Shown: positions 48,690 through 61,904 of the stretch, piece by piece
Layout of the letters: each line of letters begins with the position of its first letter
How positions within the stretch are numbered: the first letter of the stretch is position 1
Source of the DNA: Octopus sinensis
Lineage: Eukaryota
Direction of reading: 5' to 3'
DNA: 64,000 bases
Assembly (NCBI RefSeq): GCF_006345805.1
Contig: NC_043003.1
Coordinates: 1,736,001-1,800,000 of the forward strand
Notes under the pieces: generated by a model
What the model was told of the DNA's origin: nothing
The model's input: the letters and a program-made list of their open reading frames with translations, nothing else
Databases searched by the model: none
Position numbers and translations under genes: made by a program

Positions 48690-51600
48690 AACAACAAACA
48701 AGATGAGGACAAATATCCGTCAAATGTAAATAATATAAATAATGTACATAATTCCTCATCTCTTAAATATAGCATGGTACTGTTATTGTTAATATAAATT
48801 AAAAAGTATAGGATATATAATCAGTGATCTTCTGATATCATCAATCAACTGCCCCAACCTCCCCAAAAGTTTCGGGCTTTGTGCCTAGAGTAGAAAAGGA
48901 TATCATCATCATTATTTAATGTCTGTTTTCCATTAAATGATGTTTATGGTATAAAATGAATATATAAATAGACAAAGGTAAAAGCATGGTTATATGGTTA
49001 AAAAGTTTGCTTTGTAACCGCCGGATTTCAGGTTCAGTCTTGCTGCTGGGCAGCTTGGCCAAGTGTCTTCTATTATAGCTGTGGGTCAACTAATGACGCA
49101 TGCGTACGAACAGCCATGCTACATGGCAGTGAAACATGGGCTGTGACTGCTGAGGATATGCGTAGACAGAAACACTATGGAAGCCTGTCATGTATATATA
49201 TGTATATGTGAGAAGCAAAGGCCTCATGGGGGCAAAGTGGCCGAGTTCCTTTCGAGTGTTGGGCCTCATGGAGGCAATGACTGAGTCCTTTGGCATTATG
49301 TCAGGCTTGAGAAGAAGACCCATCAAGCTGAGCAAAATCGCAGTCGTGGCAGATAGTGGTGTCACACAAATGGCACCCCTGCCGGTGGCATGCAAAAGCA
49401 CTTGTTACATTGGTTGGCATTAGGAAGGGCATCCAGCTGTAGAAACCCATGCCAGATCTGACTGGAGCCTGGTGCAGCCTTCCAGTGTGTCGGCCTAGTC
49501 AAACCATCCAACGCATGCCAATATGAACAATGATGATGATGATGTATTCACCACCACTGCTTGACAGCTGGTGTTGGTTTGTCTACATCCCCATAACTTA
49601 GCATCTAAGCAAAAAAAAAAACAAACTGATAAAATAAGTACCAGACTTAAAAAAGCAGAAATAATAAGTATTGGGGTAGATCGACTAATAAACCTGTAAA
49701 TGCAGTGCTACAGCATGGCTGCAGTCCAATGACTAAAACAAGTAAAAGATAAAACGAAAATATAATAAATAAAACGTAAAATATAGAGTAATAAAAGGGG
49801 TGGGGCCAAGATATGCAAGACAGAAAATACTAGAATTGTGCCAGGTGAGAGATTCAAACCTGGTGTATTTTGCTTGGAGTTCATATACAACATGTGGCAA
49901 CCTCTGATTTTTCTTTTATTTAGAAGCAGTGTTTTATCAGAGAAGACATGAGTTGCTTCTGCAATTCAAAGATTTCACCCTGTTCCATTGCTTTAGACCA
50001 CTGTGGGTTTTATCCTAAGTTGGTATCCTTCAAATACCATAGATAGTGTGATAGAGCGCTTTCGTTTTTTGTTTTTTTCTCACAGAAGGATTTCTAAATG
50101 AGTGAAAAGGTTGACAATATCTGAACTTAAATTTGTTTTTAGATCAATATATGTTATCGCAGAAGAGCTGGTCATAACAATGCAGCAGGATAAGATATTT
50201 TTTGCAGGCAATTGGAGAATATTCTGGAAATAGTAAACTTGCAACCAGAGCTAAATGACCTGCCTTTTGTACCACTGGAACAAGGTTTGTTGTTTTAGGT
50301 AGGGAACAAATAAATATTTTTTCATCAGAACATTTATCCCCAAAAAGTGAAGAAGTAAAAGTTACATAAATCAGAGATAAAATACATATTACTTTTTACT
50401 GTTGCATGTATTTATATAGATGTTATATATATATAGACCAGTTGAGGCAAGTGAAATTGCTGTTGTGGCCGATGACAGTACCACTTGATTGGCACCCACG
50501 CCAGTGGAACATAAAAACACCATTTGAGTGTGATCACTGCCAGGGTTGCTGACTGGCTCCCCACCAGTGCCATTGCTGCCGAACTGGCTCCTGTGCAGGT
50601 GGTATGTAAAAAGCACAATTTGAGTGTGGCCAATCCCAGTACCGCCTGACTGGCCCTCATGACAGTGGCATCTAAAAGCACCCACTACTCTCTCAGAGTG
50701 GTTGGTGTTAGGAAGGGCATCCAGCTGTAGAATCTTTGCCTAATCAGATTAGAGCCTGGTGCAGCCTTCTGGTTTGCCAGCCCTCAGTCAAACCGTCCAA
50801 CACATGCCAGCATGGAAAGTGGACGTTAAACAATAATGATGGTGATGATGATATATATACCCTAGGGGTTGAGGGAACCTGTGGAAGAGGTAGACCCAGG
50901 AAGACCTGGGATGAAGTGGTGAAGCACGACCTTCAAACATTAGGCCTCACCGAGGCAATGACCAGTGACCGAGACTTTTGGAAATATGCTGTGCTTGAGA
51001 AGACCCAGCAAGCCAAGTGAGACCATAACCTCCTATGCCAGGGGTGTAACCAGCCCACTTATGCATACCTGCTCTTCATTGGACACTGCTTGCAAAGACC
51101 TGTTGAGGCAAGTGAAATCGAAATCAAATTCGATGACTGACATCCGTGCTAGTGGAGCACTAAGAGCACCATCCAAGTGTGATCGTTGCCAGAGCGGCTA
51201 ACTATCCTTTGTGCCGGTGGCACGTAAAAAGCACCATTCAAGTGTGATCGTTACCAGCATCGCCTTACTGGCACTTGTGCCAATGTGCAGGTGACACGTA
51301 AAAACAAAAAAACACGATTTTTTCGTGGCTACTGCCAGTACCGCCTGACTGGCCCTCATGCCAGTGGCACATAAAAGCACCCACTACACTCTTGGAGTGG
51401 TTGGTGTTAGGAAGGGCATCCAGCTGTAGAAACTCTGCTCGATCAAGATTGGAGCCTGGTGCAGCCATCTGGTTCGCCAGTCCTCAGTCAAATTGTCCAA
51501 CCCATGCTAGCATGGAAAGCGGATGTTAAACGATGATGATGATGATGATGATGATTTACATTCATGCTTTCAAATCCAGCTGCTGTACTCAAGACATTCA

Positions 51601-51929
51601 ATATATAAGATGTAGCTTAAATATATAACTGTGCAATATACAATTAAATTTGTATTTTTTTACAAACTTTAGTAATACTTATGTATTCTCGTCTATGTCA
51701 CCCTACATTGTGCATTGGTCAATTCAAGTGACCACCACCTACCCACCAAGTCCCATCTCAGTACTTCCTCCCATGTTTGCATGCACTGATTCAAGTAACC
51801 TGTGTTTTGTTACTAACTTTAATCATACAAAACTTCCTCCTACTTCACTCCTGCATTCATTTTCATTTTCTCATCTTTCCACATCTAAAGTGATAAGACA
51901 ACTATTTCTCATCATCCTCATCCAGAGTT

Positions 51930-52250
51930 TTAAATCTGGGTTTTGTCCCCATTAACAGGGGTGGGCCGGATCTTCCTCAATGCCATAGCAACCGAGGTAG
52001 GCAGTTGCAGCTCACCCCAACCTTTGGGCTGGCACTGGTGCCCTTTCTCCTTTGCTGTCATAAAGCATTTTCTGGAGCTGGATTTTCTATGGGGAGCATG
52101 CCCTTGCTTACCCTCAACCTCAGTTTCTAGACATGAGTGGTCCTGAGACCAAGGCCTTGATCATGATTTTTAAGAAATGTGGTGGAAAATTAGCTCAGGA
52201 AGGCAGGGACTCTACTCCCTATGACCCCTTTCAGAGCCCACACGCACCTT
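51930..52250 (+). repeat. Unclassified interspersed repeat, second copy inverted at about 5115-5440; possibly a LINE 3' UTR
   Basis: ORF-track translations at 5212 (-) and 51943 (+) are nearly identical. Confidence 0.7.
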
Positions 52251-53953
52251 CTAACCAATATAAAGCATAATTACTTTTGCCCATTTCTACTACTTTAATG
52301 GCATCAAGGAAAGTGGGGTGGGGTGCACCACAAAATAAATCACTTTAAGCCTGCTAAAATAGTATTCAAAGTGGTTTCTATGGTCGGAAATATATTTTTG
52401 AAGTGTTCATGGTGTCACAATGGGTATCTAATCGAGGACTTTGCAATTCCAAAAAGTAGCAGGAAACTTTTCCAATATAAATAAAGTGAAAGTAGACAAA
52501 AATAAACATTATTTTAGCCTCTTTCTGTTAGTTTTGTTTCGTTTTGAAATATAAAAATTTATTTTATTGCTTATTATTGTTTATATTTTAAATTACATGT
52601 ATGTGTGTGTGAAGATCTGTTGAGTCAAGTGAAATCCTTGTCATGTCCAATGCCAGTACTGCCTGGCTGGTACCTGTGCTGGTGGCACATCAAAAGCACC
52701 ATTCAAGCATGGTCGATGCCAGTCCCACCAGAATGGCTCTCATGCCAGTGGTGCGTAAAATGCACCATACGAATGTGGTCGATGCCAGTACCACCTGACT
52801 GGTCCCGTGCTGGTGGCACATAAAAAGTACCATTCAAGTGCGGTCAATGCCAGTATTGCCTGACTGGCCCTCATGCCAGTGGTACATAAAAAAACACCCA
52901 CAACACCCTCAGAATGGCTGGTGTTAGGAAGGGCATCCAGCTGTAGAAACCTTGCCAGATCAGATTAGAGCCTGGTGGAGCCTACTGGCTTGCCTGTCCT
53001 CAGTCAAACCGTCCAACCCATGCCAGCATGGAAAGTGGATGTTAAACGATGATGATAATGATATGGGGGCACCAAAATCTTTTAAATGCTTAGGGCCTTA
53101 ATGAGTCTTAACCCAGCTTTGACTAACATACAAGACATAGAACAGTACTTGAATTCAAGACGACTGGAAAGGGACTAATAAATATAAGACAGCAGAGTGA
53201 AAAGGGGCCATAAAGAGATTACCTTATTTGATAGATGGCATAAAAGATGCAAGGGCATTTTAGACACACCTAAATTTCAACAGCTCATATTCAGAAAAAA
53301 CAGTTTTTTGTGCATTAAGGTATGTAATAGAAACCCAACTTTGCATATAGGACCTAGGATGATCGTTTTGAGATTTTCTTCTTTCATTTTTGGTTTATGT
53401 GCCACTGAATACAGCACATTTGATGCTTTCCAAAGATTTGAGGTGGGAGATATTACAAAAAAAAATTGAGGCCGTAAGCAGGCAGGCTGGTTAGCACATT
53501 GGGCAAAATGCTTAGCAGTATTTCATCTCTCTCTCTCTACGTTCTGAGTTCAAATTCTGGCAAAGTTAGCTTTGTCTTCCATCTTTTCAGGGTCAATAAA
53601 GTAAGTACCAGTTGCATACTGGGGTCGATGTAATCAACTTACACCCCTCCCTTGAAATTACTGGCCTTGTGCCAACATTTGAAACCAATATTACAAAACC
53701 ATTGAAGTTGGCCAAGTCTACAATGGGAATCTGAGACAATTATGATAAATTTGGTCAAGTGCATGAGCAGGGGCTCCATTATAAACCCAAACACTGAAGA
53801 GATGCTTAAAATGGAAGAGCTCTTGAGGGTGAGGATCAACAAGCAGACAGGATGTAATATACTTAGAAATACAGTTATGGCCAAAAGTTTGGAACATAGC
53901 TCTGAAGCATTATTTACATTTGACAGATATTTGTCCTCATCTTGTTTGTTGTT

Positions 53954-53999
53954 AATACAATGTTTCGACTGATATACCCTCCAGCCTTCATCAGGTGTC
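53954..53999 (-). ncRNA. Minimal type I hammerhead-like motif, family 1 (core intact)
   Basis: Reverse strand reads GACAC CTGATGA A GGCTG..CAGTC GAAA CA TT GTATT. Confidence 0.65.
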
Positions 54000-54417
54000 T
54001 TGGGGAAATTTTGAAACTGGGTTCTCATTCCTAAGGTATTTTTCAATGTTGTTGCTATCATTATTATTATTATCATTGTTGTTATTATTGTTGTTGTTGT
54101 TGTTGCTGTTATTATTATTATTATCATTGTTGTTATTATTATTATTATTATTATTCAGGTCACTGCCTGGAATCAAACTCTGAATGTTGGGGTTAGTAGC
54201 TCGCACTCTTAACCACTACACCATATGCCTGTGGGCTGCACTCTTAATCACTATGCCATATGCCCGTGGACATATGGCATAGTGGTTAAGAGCACGGGCT
54301 ACTAATCCCAAAATTCCGAGTTCAATTCCAGATAGTGACCTGAATAATGATGATGATGATGATGATAACAGTGAAAAATACCTTAGGAATGAGAACCCAA
54401 GTTCGAAATTTCCCCAA

Positions 54418-54463
54418 GACACTTGATGAAGGCTGGAGAGTATATCAGCTGAAATGTTGTGTT
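54418..54463 (+). ncRNA. Minimal type I hammerhead-like motif, family 1 (C3 mutated to T)
   Basis: GACAC TTGATGA A GGCTG..CAGCT GAAA TG TT GTGTT. Confidence 0.6.
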
Positions 54464-56899
54464 AACAACAAACAAGATGAGGAGAAATATCGTCAAATGT
54501 AAATAATGAAAATAATCTACATAATTCCTCATCTCTTAAATATAGAACTGTATAGATCTGAAAATTACATTTTTTCATATTAAATGCCCAAACTTATATT
54601 TAATATGCAAAATATTATTACTTGGCCAAAAGTTTGGAACATAGGTCTGAAAATTAGATTTTATATATTAGATACCCAAATATATACATAGTATATATCA
54701 TATATACTCATGTAATTGTCGAATTTTTTGGACCCTTTTTTTTAAAGATCAAATTTATAGGGTCAACATGGATATTACTTTTCAGGAAGTGGAATCCAAG
54801 CTAGACTCCAAAGTGCTGTATGAGCAGCAGCAGAAGCCCAGCTGATCTCTAAGCGAATAAAAACAAATAACACAATGAATTACAGAAATATTACCAATTC
54901 TAGGCATCAAAACACATGCCCTAGTAAAATATAATGGCCTAGTGATTAACTGAATGCTTTTAGGTTTACCAAAGTCAGGTCTTTGTATGAATTCAGACAA
55001 TGGCGTTTGCCAGGGTTCACCAAAAGTGCTGTTTGTGAAACAAGTTTCTCACCATCTAAACAACGAATGTATGATACATGTGTTTATTGTGCTGCAAGAT
55101 GTATGCAGACTTGCAGCATATCCTGTGCATACATTTTAGTAATGGTGATGTAGCACCCATCATCAGATGTGTAGTGCTCACTATTAAATGGTGTCTTACT
55201 ATAAGCACTGAGCATTCCACCTCTAGAGGCAGGCTACAGTAAGGTGGCCACACAATTTTGTGACAGTGTTATTTCTGCATAAAGGACGATACGGAACCTT
55301 GACCCACAAGTGTTGTCCTGTTGTTCATGAAATACTAGGATCAACTTTTATACAGGGTCTATGGAAAATTCCTAATTTTTTGGCCAAAAATAGTGGCGGG
55401 GGGGGGGTCGATTTTTACATGAGATCAACAGTTACTTGAGTATACACAGTATTTGAATCGAATTGTATTTGAACATAATTTTAATTTTTAAAAAAATGTT
55501 CCAAACTTTTGGCCATTCAAGTAAAAGCTAAAAGTTTGAAGGAAAATTTGAAGAAACCAGAAGGAGCAGCTTTTAATGTAAAACTTTTCTTTCTAGTAGG
55601 CTGGGTGAACGACATCACTTGTATTAAATTACACAATATCAAATTAAGGATATGCACAAATATACAAATACACATGAATGATGGGCTTCTTTCAATTTCT
55701 GTCAACCAAATCCACTTACAAGGCTTTTTCTGGCCTGGGGTTGTAGTAGAAGAAACACGTCCAAGGTGCTGTACAGTGAAGAAAAATCAGCACCAAGCTT
55801 TAAAGCTTCCAAAAATTTGTCTGATGACTCTTGCAGGAAGAAATGCTACAGTGACACGAAACAACAACCCCCCCCCCTTATGTATCACTCCTAAAAGTCA
55901 AGGGTTTTCAACATCTATGCTAAGTTTACTCCACCTGCTATTTGGTGTTTAAATAAGACTTGAATAGCTACAAGCCTTTTCCAAGACTGGTCTACAAACT
56001 TTATTTGCCTTGCTGTACAAAGACACAGTGCCAACCATTATATTTGCACCAATGCAGACAATGCATCTAACCATCTGCTGAACTTTAAGAATTGTTTCTC
56101 TATTATATATTTAACCCTTTTCTTACCTTATTTCTGTCGAGATGCTTTGTGTTTCTTTCAATTAATTTTAAATATAACAAAGAATTTAATAAAATAACTT
56201 CGTTATCATTCAGCTAGTGTTAGGAACATAAATTGTGACTAAGGTTTGGTGGAAGATTTTAATTCAAAACTTTTATGAAAACAAGACATTTGTACTACAG
56301 AGCCAGAGGTGGTTTCAGCTGGGTTGGTATCGAAAGTGTCATGTTATATATTCTATTGAAATACAGGTAAGATGATCCTAGGTAAGATAACCAAAGCTGC
56401 TACCATCAGGTGTGGAAGCACAGAAAATCTGTCATCATGCAACGTCTGTTTGTCATACTGACATGAGTTGGACAGTTTGACAAAAGCTGGTTAAACGGAG
56501 GGCTGCACCAGATTCCAGCTGCCTGTTCTAGCATGGTTTTTACAGCTGGATGCCCTTCCTAATGCCAACCACTTCACTGAGTGTGGACTGGATGATTTTT
56601 ACATGGTAACAGCACAGGAGCTTCTTATGTGGCACCAGCTAAAGAGCTTCCAAAAGCAGCAGGAATCCTTCAAGGAGACAACCCATCTGCTCTTTTCTTT
56701 GTCACAGTATAGGACTACATCTTCAGATAAAGGCTTGATGTCAACCAACAAAAAGGCTTCGCCGACAAGCAGAAGTATTCAAGACACCAGCAGAGACTAT
56801 GTCACTCTGACCTTCACTATGGTAACGACCTTTTCCTGACACTTCATCAACAGGACTGTTAACATCCCTTGAGAATATTACAGCCAAAGTCAGTCTATT

Positions 56900-57200
56900 T
56901 CTCAATACAGAGTATATGAACATCAAAAGGTATGAAAACCACCTGCCAATTTGATCCAATGATATAAAATGTTTGTGATGCCAACCATCACTGTCGTAAC
57001 TACCCAGTCGATCAAATAACTGGACAGAGACACGTGGCAATCGGGAAACGAAAGACACTGTTTCAGTGAACCTTTTATTTACAATGATCGCACAACAAGT
57101 CAAGACATGCTAAGAGAGCTGGACATGCTTACGTGGCAGGCTGCAAGCGATTGGCATCATCTATATAAACAGGAAGACCTTTGTTTACACTGAGTGGACA
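56900..57200 (+). mobile_element. Highly degenerate L2/CR1-like LINE remnant
   Basis: Fragments YKMFVMPTI and TSQDMLRELDMLTW in shifting frames. Confidence 0.35.
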
Positions 57201-57511
57201 CAAGTCTAGAGAAAATAGGAACTCCCTCCCTCTCTCTCTCTCATGCACACACACACACACATGCATATATGATGTGTGTGTGTGTGTATATGTATATATA
57301 TATATAGATGAAGGATCTCTCCCAGATTCCCTCAATCACTTTCACTCACAAAGTATTGGTTGGTTTGCTACTATAGCAAAGAACAACACTGATGCAGTGG
57401 GACCAAACTCCAAACTAAATGATTCTGAAGCAAATTTCTTAACTGCACAGCCATGGCTGAATACACACACACAAGCATATGTATAATGTGTGCATGTGTG
57501 TTTGTGTGCAC

Positions 57512-57542
<31 letters not shown>

Positions 57543-57549
57543 TATATAC

Positions 57550-57589
<40 letters not shown>

Positions 57590-57820
57590 ATATATATATT
57601 TCTTTACTGCTCAGAAGGGGCTAAACATAGAGGGGACAAACAAGGACAGACGAAGGGATTGAGTCGATTATATCGACCCCAGTGCGAAACTGGTACTTTA
57701 TCAACCCCGAATGGATGAAAGGCAAAGTTGACCTCGGTGGAACTTGAACTCAGAACGTAACGACAGATGAAATACCGCTAAGCATTTCACGCAGTGCGCT
57801 AACGTGTCTGCCAGCTCACC

Positions 57821-57821
57821 T

Positions 57822-57883
<62 letters not shown>

Positions 57884-57990
57884 TATATATATATACACAC
57901 ACACACACATATATATATATACACACACACACACATATATATATATACACACACACACACATATATATATATACACACACACACATATAT
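57821..57990. repeat. Compound (TA)n(CA)n microsatellite array, representative of many SSRs (e.g. (TA)n 923-983 and 36061-36116, (GA)n 18396-18456, (GT)n 30075-30122)
   Basis: Directly visible. Confidence 0.95.
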
Positions 57991-58090
57991 AAATAGTCAA
58001 ATTGAATAATCTTACATTAAGCATAAGTATAACAAATCAACAAGAGGATGTGCACATGGAATGTATTAGTTTGACGCTCGGTAAAAAGAT

Positions 58091-58124
58091 TTTTAACATT
58101 TCAAGCATAGCTCTTCGTCAGAAA
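58091..58124 (-). ncRNA. Minimal type I hammerhead-like motif, family 2 (core intact), within a repeat at about 57995-58170
   Basis: Reverse strand reads TTT-CTGACGA-A-GAGC(tat)GCTT-GAAA-TG-TT-AAAA, followed by a tail (ccgagcgtcaaactaatac) related to that at 29805-29820. Confidence 0.65.
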
Positions 58125-59154
58125 GGAAAACGAAATAATCCAGAGAAGGGAAAAAAACACCAACAGCACGTGTGTAGTTACAGATAGATACATACCCACA
58201 CACACACACATATAGCATCATCACTATCATCATCGTTTAACGTCCACCTTCATGCTGGCATGGGTGGGATGGTTAGACAGGAGCTGGCCAGGTAGGAGCC
58301 TGCACCAGACTCCTGTGACTGTTTTGGCAAGGTTTTTTACGGCTGGATGCCTTTCCTGACACTAACCACTCAGCAGAGTGAACTCAGTACATTTTACGTG
58401 GCACAAAACACAGGTGAGGTCAGTTTTGGTAAGGTTTTTTACAGCTGGAAGCCCTTCCAAATGCCAGCCACTTTATAGTGTGGACTGGGTGCTTTTTAAG
58501 TGGGACCCGCACTGACAGGGTCACCAAGTAACTTGCAAGATAAGGAATTTTGAGAGAGGTGAGGGTATTGGAGGAGGTGATCTTGTGTCGGATGATGAAA
58601 AGGTTATAGTGAGACAGAGAGACTGAAACAGGTGTCTTGCTGTAGAGGAGGTACAAGGTTACCTGGCCAGAGAGAACAGGTGATACAAAGGGGAAAACTG
58701 AGCTCAAAACATGAGTATATATTTATATATTTTTTATTAATGATCAGCAGACATTACAGAATGGCTTCAGGGTTAAGAGATTTGTACATTGGCATTTACT
58801 GATAAGTGCTCATACACAAAACTTTCAGCCCCTTGAGTCACTCTGTAATTTCTACCAATTATAAATATAACACATATACTTTATATATATCACCATTTAA
58901 CATGCATTTTCTAGGCTGGCATAGGTTGCACGGCTTGACATGAAGCTGGCCAGCCGGGGAGCTGTCCACAGTTCAACTGTCTGTTGTGGCATGATCTCCA
59001 CAGCCAGATTTCCTTCCAAACATGAACCATTTTGCAGAGTGTGCTGGGTGCTTTTTACATGCATACATATATATATATATACATACACACAAATATAGTT
59101 AAATACATATATGTGTGTGCACATGTGTATACACACACACACACACACACACAT

Positions 59155-59535
59155 ATGAGGTTCAAAAAGTATCTGATTTTATTTTTTCCTGCCAAAACTA
59201 ATGCCGTGTGGGCAAAACCCTTTGGATGGGATGAGATGTCCCCCCTGCCTTCACATGTGTTGAAACCTTCACTCCGATAAGCCATGTCTGTTCCCAGTTG
59301 TTACACTTAGAGTACAGACGTGTAGTGTACACTTATTGGATTTTTGTTTCTACCGAACACATTCAGCAAAAATATTGTATCAAGTGTTACCACAAACCTG
59401 GGCCCAAGGGGCTGGCAGAGCATCAAAAGCAACTCTACATGGAAATTGCCCAGGACATGCTGGACTGTGCAAAACCATGACCCAGGCTTCATGAAGACCA
59501 TCATCACCGGAGATGAGGCATGGGTTTATGGTCTC
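59155..59535 (+). mobile_element. Degenerate mariner fragment
   Basis: TIR-like tatgagggttcaaaaagt and remnant DPGFMKTIITGDEAWVYG. Confidence 0.7.
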
Positions 59536-61904
59536 TGCTCGATACGTTCGGACATCAGGCATGGAAATGAAAATCTGAGTGTGCATAACAGCCAAGAACT
59601 GACATTGCTTACCAGCATGAAAATTTTCATGCCTGCACAGGAAGGATGGTGGCATCACTTCCTACCCAAAAGGTTTTGCCTATGCAGCATTAGTTTTTGG
59701 CAGGAAAAAAAAAAATCGGATAACTTTTGAATGCATCTCATGTTCATTCTGAAGGATTCATGGGAGCAATGTACAGCCTCCCCTCATTTATGGTTATGGG
59801 CCAGCCTTCAGTTTCTACTAATGATTTACTTGTCCATTCCTTGACATTTGCAGTGAATCCTTTCCTCCACCTCCTCCCATCTCCATGGTTCCTCAAAGAA
59901 TGGCCTCTACAAGGCTATGGGATTTTACCATACTATCACATTCTCCTATTTCTTCACTCACACAGTATTGGTCTTCGAAGTGAGAAGGTATTCATGAAGG
60001 GACAATGTAATATAGGATGGTTCTTTTATGAACCTGCACCGACGTGGCTGTGGGTAAAGAGGTTTGCTTTCCAACCACAAGATTCCAGGTTCAGTCCCAC
60101 TGTGTGACACTTTCATTGAATGTCTTTTACTACAGCCTCAGGCTGACCAAAGCCTTGCGAGTAAATCTGGCAGACAAAAACTGGAAGAAGCCCACCATAT
60201 GTGTGTGTGTGTCCCACCACTGCTTAACAACTGGTTTAAATGCCCCTGCGACTTAGTAGTTTGACAAAAGCAACTAACTGAATAAATACCAGGCTTTAAA
60301 AAAACACAAGTACTAGGGTTGATTCATTCCACTAAATATTGTTCAAAGCGGTGCCCCAGCATGGCCAGTCTAATGACGGAAACAAGTAAAAGATAGAAAA
60401 CAAAATTGAGATGTAATATAGATAAAACATGCAGCTGTGTGGCTAAGAAGCTCACTTTGCAGACAAGTGGTTTCGGATTTAATGGCACCGTGGTGCCTTG
60501 CATAAGTGTCGTCTGTTATAGCCTCAGACTAACTCACACTTTGTCGGTGAATTTGTTGAATGGAAACTGTGTGGAAGCCTGTTGTATGTATGTATATGGG
60601 ATGAGGTGGTGAAGCATGACCTTTGAATGTTGGGCCTCACAGAGGCAATGACAAAAGACCGAGACCTCTGGAGGTATGCTGTGACTGAGAAGACCCGGCA
60701 AATAAAGTGAGTTAACAGCTGTAACCTACACCAACATCACATAACCAGCCCCAGCACATTCAAAAGTACCTTGGATTATAGGGCGACATGCTGTGTTTGA
60801 GGAGACCTGTTGAGTCAAGTACATCAACAATAATACCAAAATCAAATCAAATGGAAATTGTAGCTATGACCCCCATGTTGGTGGCATGTAAAAAGCACCA
60901 TCTGAACGTGGCCGATGCCAGTGCCACCTTGTCTAACTTCTGTGCCGGTGACACGTAAAAAGCACCATCGTGGTCGATGCCAGCTCCTCTGGCCCGTGCC
61001 AGTGACATGTAAAAAGCATCCACTATACTCTCAGAGTGGTTGGTGTTAGGAAGGGCATCCAGCTGTAGAAACACTGCCAGATCAGATTGGGGCCTGATGC
61101 AGCCTTCCGGCTTGCCAGTCTTCAGTCAAACTGTCCAACCCATGCTAGCATGGAAAACAGATGTTAAACAATGATGATGATATACATACATATGCACTCA
61201 TCATCATTTACTGTCCTTTTTCCATGCCGGCATGGGTTGGATGGCATGACACGAAGCTGGTTAGTCGGAGAGCTGTCCAGATTCCATTTGTCAGTTGTGG
61301 TATGGTTTCTGTGGCTGGATGTCCTTCATAATGCCAATCACTTTACAGAATGTGCTGGGTCCTTTTTTTTACGTGCCACCGGCATGGTTGCGTTTACACA
61401 GCATTTTATGTGGCACTGGCACCCGTAAAGGACAAGCCTGTGTGTATGGATGACGTGTCTTCTCTAGTACAGCAAATCGCTGCCACTACCAGCCCTTTGT
61501 CATGTATATACACACACACATACACGTGTGTGTATGTCTTCATGTATGTGTTTGCACCATCACCACTTGGTAACTAGTGTTGTTTTATTCCAGTGACTTA
61601 GCAGTTTGGCAAAAGAGACCAATAAAATAAGTACCTGACTTTAAAAAATACATAAGTATTGGGGTCAATTTGTTCAAGTAAAATCCTTTAAGGTGGTGCC
61701 CCAGCATGGCCACTGTCTAATGACTGAAACAAGTGAAAGATAACAAGATGCCAAAGATGTTATAACAGCATCTGATTTCTGTCATTATTCCCCGCATCAC
61801 TAAAGAAATAGATTCACATGTGGACAGACAAATAGAGAGCACCAGCACATGTGGGAGCCTGATTTTGCAGGCTGATGTCTCTCTCGTTTATCTGTGATCC
61901 TTTC

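Larger units (their letters stand above)
48158..48772. mobile_element. Palindromic tRNA/hammerhead element (locus B), carrying a LINE endonuclease fragment
   Basis: Same arms as locus C, with centre actacgcc-atacacccag-ggcgtagt. B box GAGTTCGATTCC. Long right tail ends CCTCATCTCTTAAATATAG; short left tail. Confidence 0.8.
53908..54550. mobile_element. Palindromic head-to-head tRNA-headed, hammerhead-bearing non-autonomous element (locus C, most complete)
   Basis: The left arm is the reverse complement of the right arm. Centre hairpin GCCATATGCCC-GT-GGACATATGGC at 54255-54278. Each arm has A/B-box-like motifs, an (AAT)n-like tract and a hammerhead-like motif. Flanked by atagctctgaa (53896-53906) and atagatctgaa (54552-54562). 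Confidence 0.8.

Noticed and set aside
53700-53870. ORF 53742-53972 as a host exon
   Set aside because: Stops in other frames, no TTC17 similarity, wrong strand for TTC17; more likely an old LINE remnant.
53871-55520. An intact Tc1-like element defined by the GGCCAAAAGTTTGGAAC motifs at 53879, 54623 and inverted at about 55500
   Set aside because: The TIR-like pieces are real, but no transposase remnant or clean TA-flanked ends could be established.
57453-58024. Cys/Val/Tyr-rich and other low-complexity ORFs throughout the ORF track
   Set aside because: Translations of microsatellites and SINE bodies, not genes.
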